17,018 nucleotides of DNA, taken from the NCBI GenBank assembly GCA_010909165.1, contig MU008231.1:1-17018 (forward strand), in the 5' to 3' direction. Of this stretch, positions 8,770 through 17,018 are shown piece by piece (position 1 is the stretch's first letter; each line of letters begins with the position of its first letter). Position numbers and translations under genes: made by a program. Origin of the DNA: Anthoceros angustus. Its lineage: Eukaryota; Plantae; Anthocerotophyta. Under the pieces are notes generated by a model that did not search any database, was not told where the DNA came from, and saw nothing but the letters and a program-made list of their open reading frames with translations.

Positions 8770-11090
8770 TCATTGAAGTTGCGGATTAGGAAGCACCTGG
8801 TCCAGCTTTATTTGGCCCCAGGGAGGCTTCTCATCTCCCACCAAGAAATTGTGAGCCACTCCATCCTTGTCTGTCCACCAGCTCTGACCAGGCTGCTTCC
8901 ATGCCCTGATGCTTTTCTCCTTGCCATGCATTCTCTGGGCCTCCTCCCACATCTGGGCACCAGTGCATATGGTTGACATCAACACATGCGATTCGGCATC
9001 TTTCTTGTCTAGCTTCACTGCTTGATCGAAAGCGAGGCGTCCCACCTCCAAGTTGCTCCACTTTCGACAAGCACCCAATAATGAGTGCCAGACTGCAGCA
9101 TCAGGCAGCACAGGCATTGCTGTTGCTAGAGCTAGTGCCTCGTCCAGTTGCCCTGCCGACCCAGGAGATCCACCATGCATGTGAGGTGGAGTGCCCTGGG
9201 AGTGATACCATGGAGTCTGCTCATGGCCCGGAAGTACTCTCTCCCTTGTCAACTAGACCTGCATGACAGCGTACTCTTAGGACACTAAAGAACGTGAGGC
9301 TGACTGGCTGTATGCCATCTTCCTTCATTCTGTGAACCAAATCGAAGACCATATCACAGTTTCCTTGACAGGTGTAGCCTGCAATCAGTGAATTCCACAC
9401 GACAGCGTCTCTTCCCTGCAATGAGTTGAACACCTGCTGTGCCTCAACTATACTACCAGACTTTCCGTGCATGTTTATCAAACTCCCAGCTAGAAACACA
9501 TCAGGTTGAAGCCCTCGCTCTTCTATCTCTGCATGTAGCTGCCTTCCAGCATGCAAGGCTGCCACATTGCACATGCCTGCAGGAGGCAGGCAAATGTCAT
9601 GGCGTTGGGTACAGCCATGCCTTCTTCTTCCTGCATATCACTGTAGAGACGAAGGGCTTCCTGCCCCATGCCCTGCTTGGAATATCCTGCAATTAGAGCA
9701 GTCCATGTCACAACATCTTTGTCACAAAGGCTTTGGAACACTCTCTCAGTATCGTCCAAGCTGCCACACTGTGCATACATGTTGACCAAACTGTTAGCTA
9801 CAAATATGTCAGCTTGATGTCCTCGTTCTCTAATTTGCATGAAGCTCCTTCCCTTCTCCAACGCCGTTGTGCCCACACTTGCATAAGCTTGTAGAAGGCA
9901 CATGAATGTCACGGAATCCGGTATTGCAATGGCCTCCTCGTGCATAGCACTGTAAAAGATGGGCTTCCTGACCCATGTCCTGGTGAGAATGGCCTCCTAT
10001 CATGGCATTCCACGTCACTACATCTTTATGAGCTAGTCTGTCAAACACTAGCTGTGCATCTGCCAAGCTGCCACACTTTGCATACATGTTCACCAGCTGT
10101 TGGCTACAACAACATCAGCTTGATATCCTCGTTCTTTAATTTGCGCACGAAGCTGCTTCCCCATCTCCAAAGCTGGGGCACCTATCCCAGCACATGCCTG
10201 TAGGAGGCATACAAATGTCACAATGCCCTCGTCTTGCCTAGCAGTGTACAGACAGATGGCTACCTGCCCAGTGCAATGCTGGGAATATCCTGCAATTAGA
10301 GCAGTCCAGGTCACCACGTCCTTTTCAACAAACCATCAAACACTCTTTGAGAATCGTCCAACCTGCCACACTTTGCTGCCACACCAAACTGCCAGCCACA
10401 GACACATCAGCTAGTCGTCCCTGCTCTCTAATCTGCGCATGAAGGTGCCGTCCCTCCTCCAAAGCTTGGTTGCCCACACTCGCACACGCTTGGAGGAGGC
10501 ACACGAAAGTCACAGCGTTGGGTATAGCTACACCTTCTTCGTGCATAGCAGTGTACAGACTAAGGGCTTCCGGCCCCATGCCCTGCTGGGAGTACCCTGC
10601 CAGGATAGCGTTCCAGGTGATCACACCTTTTTGGCCGAGTCCGTTGAACACTCTCCGTGCGTCTTCCAAGCTGCCACACTTTGCGTGCATGTTCACCACA
10701 CTGCTGGCTACAACCACATCGGTTTCATAGTCTCGCTCTGTAATTTGCGAGTGAAGCTGCTTTCCCTTCTCCAAAGCTCGGTGTCCACACTTGAAAGTGC
10801 CTGCAGGAGGGACACAAATGTCACAGAATCAGGTGAGGCAATGCCTTCATTTTCCATTGTACTGTAAATACAACGCGCTTCATGGCCCATGCCCTGCTGA
10901 GAATACCCTGCTATCATGGCATTCCATGTCACCACTTCTTCCGAACAAGTCCGTCAAAGACTGCCTGAGCGTCTTCCAAGCTGCCACATTGTGCATACAT
11001 TTTGACCAAACTATTAGCTATAAACACATCAGCTTGACGTCCTCGTTCTCTGATTTGTGAATGAAGCTGCTTTCCCTTCTCCAATGCGCC
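8770..11090 (-). pseudogene. PLS-class PPR gene (E1-E2 plus PG-box of WW type), 5'-truncated and frameshifted
   Basis: Eight ORF fragments stitch into partial L, S, five P-L-S triplets, P2-L2-S2, E1 (AAVWHSLLGACRKW), E2 and KQPGQSWWTDKDGVAHNFLVGD, with at least 7 frame changes. Weak DYW-like remnants (MKKDG, LCA(H)SE, TGPGAP) extend to about 8640. Confidence 0.95.
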
Positions 11091-11161
11091 GGAAGTTCTC
11101 TTGTTGACGAAGTAGTACAAGTCAGCTTGGGTGGATACTCGAGTATCTTGCTGCTTCGGAA

Positions 11162-13993
11162 ATGGAGATGGGTCTGCGTGCATCCGACTTGAGATTGCCC
11201 GATGATCTTGTCCCTCGCAGGCCTGCCGGTTACGATAGGGGAGTAACGTCCGAGACCGTGAGCCAGCTATGTCATGAGGGGCGTTGCGCCGAAGCCGTGG
11301 AGGCTCTGGGAGTTCTGGTGCAGACGGGCTGTTGTATTTCCAAGTCCCTCGTTTATGCTGTTTTGAAGATTGTCAGGAAGGATCGCGTGGTGGGTCGCCG
11401 AGTACATGCTTTTTCGGTGAAAAGCGGGTACCAGTCAGACACGTTCCTGGGCAACCAATTCCTCCGAATGTATGCTTCCCATGGCAGGTTGCAAGACGCG
11501 ATGGATGTATTTGCAGAAGTTGCGAAACCGGATGCCTTCACCTGGTCAGCAATTATTTCTGCGCATGCTGATCATGCACAGGAGCATCAGGCCATAGAAC
11601 TGTACAATCGGATGTGCAGGTCAGGTGTGCAGCAAGATAGCCATGTGTTTGTGGCAGTTCTCAAGGCTTGCTCAAAAGTATCAGACCTGAAAACGGGGCA
11701 GGTGCATGCTGATGTATTAGCCACAGGCGTTGAGCCTGATTTGTTTGTCTGCACTGGCTTGATGAACATGTACGCGAAGTGTGGCAGCTTGGAAGATGCT
11801 CAGAGACTGTTTGATGGACTTTGTCGAAAGGATGTGGTGGCGTGGAATACCATGATCGCAGGTTACTCTCAGCAGGGCATGGGGCAGGAAGCCCTTCGCC
11901 TGTACAGTGCTATGCAAGAAGAAGGAATCGCGGTACCCAATTCCGTGACATTGGTATCCCTCCTGCAGGCCTGTGCATGTGTGGGCAACCCGGCTCTGGA
12001 GATGGGGAAGCTGCTTCATGCACAAATAAGACAGCAAGGACATGAAGCGAATGTGTTTGTGGCCAGCAGTTTGGTAAGCATGTATGCAAGATGTGGCAGC
12101 TTGGAAGATGCTCAGAGAGTGTTCAACGGACTCGGTGAAAAGGATGATGTGACATGGACTGCGCTTATTGCAGGGTACTCCCAGCAGGGCTTGGGCCAGG
12201 AGGCCCTCAGACTCTACACTGCTATGCGAGAAGAAGGCATTGCTGTACCCAGTTCGAAGACGTTTGTGTGCCTCCTGCAGGCATGTGCAAGTGTGGGTAC
12301 TCCAGCGTTGGAGAAGGGGATGCATCTTCATGCAGAAATTAGAGAAAGAGGACAGCAAGCTGATGTCTTTGTGGCGAGCAGTTTGGTAAACATGTATGCT
12401 AAGTGTGGCAGCTTGGAAGATGCTCAGAGTGTGTTTGACGGACTTGTTGAAAAGGATGATGTGACGTGGACTGCTCTAATTGCAGGGTATGCCCAGCAGG
12501 GCCAGGGGCAGGTAGCGCTTCGTCTCTACAGTGTTATGGAAGAAGAAGGCATCGCTGTACCCAACTCTGTGACATTTGTGTGCCTCTTGCAGGCATGCGC
12601 AAGTGTGGGCATCCCAGCTTTGGAGAAGGGGAGGCAGCTCCATTCACAGATTAGGGAAAGAGGATATCAAACAGATGTGTTTGTGGCCAGCAGTTTGGTG
12701 AGCATGTACGCGAAGTGTGGGAACCTGGAAGATGCTCAAAGAGTGTTTGACGGACTTATCGAAAAAGATGTGGTCACATGGACTGCTATGATAGCAGGGT
12801 ATTCCCAGCAGGGCATGGGCAAGGAAGCCCTTCGTCTCTACAATGCAATGCAGGAAAACAGCATCGCTGTACCTAATTCCGTGACATATATGTGCCTCCT
12901 GCAAGCGTGTGCCAATCTGGCAGCTTTGCATCTGGGAAGGCAGCTACATGCACAGATTGACGAACACAGGCTTCAAGCTGACAGGGGAGTTGCTGGCAGT
13001 TTGATAAATATGTATGGAAAGTGTGGGAGCATGGTGGATGCAGAGCAGGTGTTTGATGGATTGCAGGAAAGGGATGTTGTTGCCTGGAATGCTCTGATTG
13101 CAGGCTACGCCTGTCAAGGAGACAGTGAAGTGGTCTTTGACTTGGTCCAGAGAATGAAAGAGAATGGCATACAGCCAGTGAGCGTCACATTCCTTAGCAT
13201 ACTCTCGGTATGCAGTCAAGCGGGTCTAGTGAAAAAGGGACAAGAGTACTTTGAGGCTATGAGCAAACAGCACGGCATCAATCCTACATCTCGCCACCTC
13301 ACCTGCATGGTGGATCTCCTGGGTCGTGCTGGACAGTTGGATGAGGCAATAGCTTTAGTAAGGACAATGCCTGTACTGCCTGATGCTGTAGTTTGGCATA
13401 CTCTGTTGGGTGCTTGTCAAAAGTGGAGCAACGTGGAGGTGGGACTCCATGCTTTCCACGAAGCCTTGAAGTTAGATGGGAGAGATGCTGAAGCATATGT
13501 GTTGATGTCAAACATATACACTGGTGCCCAGATGTGGGAGGAGGCACAGAAGATGCAGGGGAGAAGACTGCAAGTCAGGGCATGGAAGCAGCCGGGTCAG
13601 AGCTGGTGGGCAGACAAGGACGGACAGGTGCACAGTTTTTTTGTTGGGGACGACAAGCATGATCACAGGCAGGCAAGGCTGCAGCAGGTTTTCTCCAAAT
13701 TAATGAAACAGGGATGTATGCCAGACTCTGACTCGTCACCGCCCATCATACCTGGTGACGGAAAGGAGGGGTTGAGTATCACCTACGTCCTAAACAACAT
13801 GTCGGCGGGGATCCCCGGAGGCATTGTGAAAGATCTGCGGGTTGTCGTTGATTTTCACACCGCCACGAAACATACGTCCGTGGTCGAGAATTTGCAGGAT
13901 GCATTTCGGCAATCACTTAGATACACGGGTCCAATTTCAGAGCAGGCAAGTATGCTTCCGGTCCGGATGGGATTGGGGAGTCCAGGTTGCTAA
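11162..13993 (+). CDS. PLS-class pentatricopeptide repeat protein, RNA-editing-factor type: about 20 PPR motifs, E1, E2, WW-type PG box, degenerate DYW domain (943 aa, intronless)
   Basis: Single open ORF reading L-S-(P-L-S)x5-P2-L2-S2, then E1 AVVWHTLLGAC, E2, and KQPGQSWWADKDGQVHSFFVGD. The DYW-like stretch LSITYVL...IVKDLRVVVDFHTATKHTS lacks HxE and CxxC. Confidence 0.93.
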   Translation: MEMGLRASDLRLPDDLVPRRPAGYDRGVTSETVSQLCHEGRCAEAVEALGVLVQTGCCISKSLVYAVLKIVRKDRVVGRRVHAFSVKSGYQSDTFLGNQFLRMYASHGRLQDAMDVFAEVAKPDAFTWSAIISAHADHAQEHQAIELYNRMCRSGVQQDSHVFVAVLKACSKVSDLKTGQVHADVLATGVEPDLFVCTGLMNMYAKCGSLEDAQRLFDGLCRKDVVAWNTMIAGYSQQGMGQEALRLYSAMQEEGIAVPNSVTLVSLLQACACVGNPALEMGKLLHAQIRQQGHEANVFVASSLVSMYARCGSLEDAQRVFNGLGEKDDVTWTALIAGYSQQGLGQEALRLYTAMREEGIAVPSSKTFVCLLQACASVGTPALEKGMHLHAEIRERGQQADVFVASSLVNMYAKCGSLEDAQSVFDGLVEKDDVTWTALIAGYAQQGQGQVALRLYSVMEEEGIAVPNSVTFVCLLQACASVGIPALEKGRQLHSQIRERGYQTDVFVASSLVSMYAKCGNLEDAQRVFDGLIEKDVVTWTAMIAGYSQQGMGKEALRLYNAMQENSIAVPNSVTYMCLLQACANLAALHLGRQLHAQIDEHRLQADRGVAGSLINMYGKCGSMVDAEQVFDGLQERDVVAWNALIAGYACQGDSEVVFDLVQRMKENGIQPVSVTFLSILSVCSQAGLVKKGQEYFEAMSKQHGINPTSRHLTCMVDLLGRAGQLDEAIALVRTMPVLPDAVVWHTLLGACQKWSNVEVGLHAFHEALKLDGRDAEAYVLMSNIYTGAQMWEEAQKMQGRRLQVRAWKQPGQSWWADKDGQVHSFFVGDDKHDHRQARLQQVFSKLMKQGCMPDSDSSPPIIPGDGKEGLSITYVLNNMSAGIPGGIVKDLRVVVDFHTATKHTSVVENLQDAFRQSLRYTGPISEQASMLPVRMGLGSPGC

Positions 13994-13998
13994 TACCA

Positions 13999-14428
13999 TC
14001 ACCATTTGGTTTGGGAGGCTCACATGGGGACGCCTGTGTCATTGTAGAGCACCACATTGCCGTCGAGTTGGAGCTAGGCGTTGTAATCGTACAGGTAGGA
14101 CTGGGATGAATTGGATGCCCACAGCACGTCACTGTGGTCTCCGTTGATGACCAGGTTTCCGTCGCGCTCCAGCACCAGGTGGCATATGTACTGGCCGGAG
14201 TTGTTGATTCCGGTAGCCCAGTACGCTTGGTCCTTGTGGTACAGCACAAGGTTGAAGTCAGTTTGGAATTGCAGCAAGACCGAGTGGTCCTCGCCGTTCT
14301 GGATGGTCAAGGTGAATGCCATTCGTCCGAGGCGTACAACCGGGAGTCAGGTGGCGGGTAGATGTCAGCCATCCCCGGTGCGAGCAGGGCTGCGCAAAGG
14401 ACGCGGCGAGGAGAAGAGTGGCGCCCAT
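13999..14428 (-). pseudogene. Secreted bulb-type mannose-binding (GNA-like, B-lectin) gene with 2 frameshifts and 2 premature stops
   Basis: Reconstructed protein: MGATLLLAA(V)LCAALLAPGMA-DIYPPPDSRLYASD(E)MAFTLTIQNGEDHSVLLQFQTDFNLVLY...ERDGNLVIN...WASNS...YNA*LQLDGNVVLYNDTGVPM*ASQTKW. QxDxNxVxY motifs are present. Stops lie at 14074-14076 and 14020-14022. Adding 2 nt to the 430-nt span restores a 144-codon frame. Confidence 0.9.
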
Positions 14429-14586
14429 CGCCCAGGCTGCAATTGCGACGTAGTGAATGCTGCCCTTGTTTGGAGAAGATCATGCTCAGAGCCCGGTTTC
14501 AGAGCTGGAATTGCAGTTGTTGCTGCTGCTTCTCCTGCTGCCTCTCCTGCTGCCGCTGCGTTTACAGCGCAGTTCTATCAATCTCC

Positions 14587-14645
14587 GAAGGCCATTAAGG
14601 CCTGCCACTCACCGTACCGCACGGCCGTGGCAGGCCATGGCCTTC
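14587..14645. other. GC-rich inverted repeat (19-bp stem with a 3-nt bulge)
   Basis: GAAGGCCAT (14587-14595) and GGCCTGCCAC (14599-14608) pair with GTGGCAGGCC (14627-14636) and ATGGCCTTC (14637-14645). Confidence 0.85.
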
Positions 14646-14905
14646 CCGAGATCATGCTATGCACATATGCTACCATGGTTTCAAGCTCGTTCCGTCGGAC
14701 CGTAGCGGTGTAGAATGAGATCACGGTGACCACCATCTAGGTAGGAAATCCGGGTTAGGAAAATCTTTACCTTCTGCACACACATTTTCAAAAGACCTTG
14801 TTTCAGCCGGTTCCCGCCGCAAGTTGCTTTGCAAAGCCAGCTCGATCTTCACAATGCGACCGGCCCCTGCAATAAGAGAGAATGTTCCAGCTCGTGTTGT
14901 AGCGT

Positions 14906-15014
14906 TCAATTTGTAACTGCGCTGTGATCTGTGCCATCTTAACACGTATAAATGTGAGCTCAATTTGTAACTGCGTTGTGATCTGTGCCATCTTAACACG
15001 TATAGATGTGAGCT
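14906..15014. repeat. 54-bp tandem duplication
   Basis: TCAATTTGTAACTGCG...TGTGAGC starts at 14906 and again at 14960, with 2 mismatches. Confidence 0.95.
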
Positions 15015-15246
15015 GCCCTGAAGCTTGCACTTAGAGAATTAAACAGTACTTACATAAATCCTACAGGAGGAAGCTTAGCCGGTGTTTAGGGGAAGCTTGT
15101 ACTTAGAAGCCAACGTGCACTTAGCAGCAACATTAGGGAGAAGCTTAGACTTAGGATTAGTCTGAAATGGATCTAAATCTGTGTACTAGTGTAGATGAAC
15201 TACCTCCTGATGTGCTATTTGTTGTTGCCGAAGGCTGAGACTTTTA

Positions 15247-17018
15247 ATGGCAGCGACCTCCATTGGGTTCTATCTATCAAGTGAGAAGCACTCACGGTGG
15301 ACACATGGTCACGAGAAGACCGTGCGAATTGCTCATATTCCGTTTAACAGAGTAGAAGACTTTGTGGCAGGAATGGCATATGATGCAGAGCATGCTACCA
15401 ACTTCTACAAGAAGGACTCTAAAGGGCCCAACAGTTTACCTCGTCCCAATACTCCTACAGTCCACACAGCCCTTACATACACCAGGCCTAGTCTTCTTAT
15501 TGCTGAATGTGGCAGTGTCTTTTTTTGTGCGTAAAATTCTTTTGCATCAAGATCTTGACGCTTGGCACCCATGTTTCACACTTTCCCCTTTGAGAACTTT
15601 GCAGAGTGAAGCAGTTACTATTATGGCCAAAAGTGGCAGAGATTGGGCTTTTCGAAGACAAACATCTCGACATGGCAGGTATCCTTTGTCATGGAGTTTC
15701 TTACCAGGCTCGAGATGTCCGGCCGCTTGTCATGAGATGAAAAAGATTGGGTTAGAACGCCTTTTCTGTAACATTTCCATAGATGAGATCATGCGTCGGC
15801 ATCGAGGCTTTGTATCCCAAAGTTACAAACCAAGCGATGCCTTATCAAAGATTAGGGATGACTTCTTGCAGCGGTCGATGTAATCAATATTGCGAGAAAT
15901 GTGGTCATAGGTGATTGGAAACTTCACCACGATGATTCAACCCGGTTTCTTTGGATTAGGCGGAATGCTTCCATGGTTTCTATCAATCCATCGAGGAGCA
16001 ACTCTTTGCCTTAGGTATCAAACCTTCTTTCATCTTTGGAATCTATGATCAAGTATAGAATTATAGTGTTTTGTCTTTGGATGCAACCTTGGCATGAACA
16101 AGTACAAATACCACTTGTTCACCGTCATGGCCTTGATCGACGCATGGTATGCACATGGCATGGGCTATCACATAGAAGGCAACAATTGAAACATTGGTGG
16201 CATGGTTGTCAGCACTACGCATCCGGGTTGAGCAGCATGATTCTACTTGGACACCGAGCAGCTTCCTTGTGGGCCTGCCGAGAAATCTCTGCTATTCAAC
16301 AAGTCTGGACTCGTAATATACCCATCTTCTTTGTTTGTACGCGTCACGAAAGGCATGGAGGAAAAATGTATTGAAGAAGGTAAGGTCGGGAGCTAGATCT
16401 CGATTTGGGTGAACTTGGTGAGATCATGTATGTCAATGGGTTTTCCGTGCGAGATATTTGCGTGGCTCTGGAAGCTATGTTGGACTTGTTCTATGCACGT
16501 TGGGCAGAAAGGAAAATTGCGTTTGTTAAATACTTAAGGGAACAATGGGGCGGGACCATAAGTATGTGCCATGGGACCTTTAAGTTCATGCACTTAGTTC
16601 CTGCTCTCTATTTGTCTCTAAGCGCTTGTTATTTTGGAAATAGTAATGTGGCTTTGTCGCGAGGATCTTGCCACATCTTTGGTACCACTTCCATTTGTTG
16701 AAGCCTTCCACAGATATATGACAGGCATGTGTTTCCAAGTCCAGTTTAGCAGGTCGTCGAATGGATTGGTTGGTCCACCAGCTTGTGAACGTTGTTGCAC
16801 GATATTTTTGGTATCAACATTTCACAAATAAAGGTGCTTATACTCGGAACAAGAAGCAAGAGATGTTGGAGGAGACAGCACTTGCAGGTGCTGAAGGTAC
16901 ATTTCCAAGCAACGTGTTTGGAGCGTCGAAGAGTATCTGCTTCACTCGGGACCGTGCCTTGGGGCCATGTCTTCAACTCAACAACCCTAAGCTTCGCGAA
17001 CTTCTCTCTAGACCCCTT
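15247..17018 (+). pseudogene. Decayed Mutator-like (MULE/SWIM-type) transposase-related gene, apparently with introns, running off the window end
   Basis: RIAHIPFNRVEDFVAG, ISIDEIMRRH...RDDFL, and SLDAT(F)GMNKYKYHLFTVMAL with the first DDE Asp at 16080-16082. Then AWAIT...WLSALRIRVEQHDSTWTPSSFLV...EISAIQQVW, AFVKYLREQW, and VEAFH with the candidate Glu at 16700-16702. There are multiple frameshifts and stops. Confidence 0.8.

Noticed and set aside
8773-13547. Numerous short ORFs opposite or out of frame to the PPR sequences
   Set aside because: They are shadow frames of the PPR repeats on the other strand or frame.
13586-13993. Calling the PPR a U-to-C (DYW:KP, GRP/DRH-type) editing factor
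   Set aside because: The PG box is PGQSWW (WW type), not a KP type, and the catalytic motifs are missing altogether.
13999-14428. Premature stops in the lectin or CBS fragments as substrates of U-to-C editing
   Set aside because: U-to-C editing in these plants is known from organellar transcripts, not nuclear genes. The TGA from TGG is not repairable by U-to-C, and frameshifts co-occur.
14111-14713. Plus-strand ORFs of 200, 75, 78 and 82 aa
   Set aside because: They are antisense to the lectin and its GC-rich, (GCT)n-containing upstream region, with no domain evidence.

Overview
Eukaryotic nuclear DNA, most likely from a seed-free land plant. A hornwort, fern or lycophyte is inferred from the 'PGQSWW' PG-box PLS-PPR type; no database search was run. 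Bases 1-7.7 kb hold tandem repeats and nested retroelements. A short-LTR Copia-like element (3114-6187; 186/187-bp LTRs, TTTCG target-site duplication, gag-protease only, plus an extra upstream ORF) has inserted into the 3' end of a decayed minus-strand retroelement whose integrase-like tail ends in a PHD finger. At 7.7-8.5 kb lies an orphan four-exon block of a DUF21/CBS (CorC/CNNM-like) gene. At 8.7-14.0 kb is a head-to-head pair of PLS-class PPR RNA-editing-factor genes: a 5'-truncated, frameshifted minus copy and an open 943-aa plus copy whose DYW deaminase domain has lost its zinc ligands. At 14.0-14.4 kb a bulb-type (GNA) lectin pseudogene ends 5 bp from the PPR stop codon. From 15.2 kb to the end is a decayed, apparently intron-containing MULE/SWIM-type transposase-like gene. 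No bacterial genes, rRNA, intact tRNA or CRISPR array are supported.
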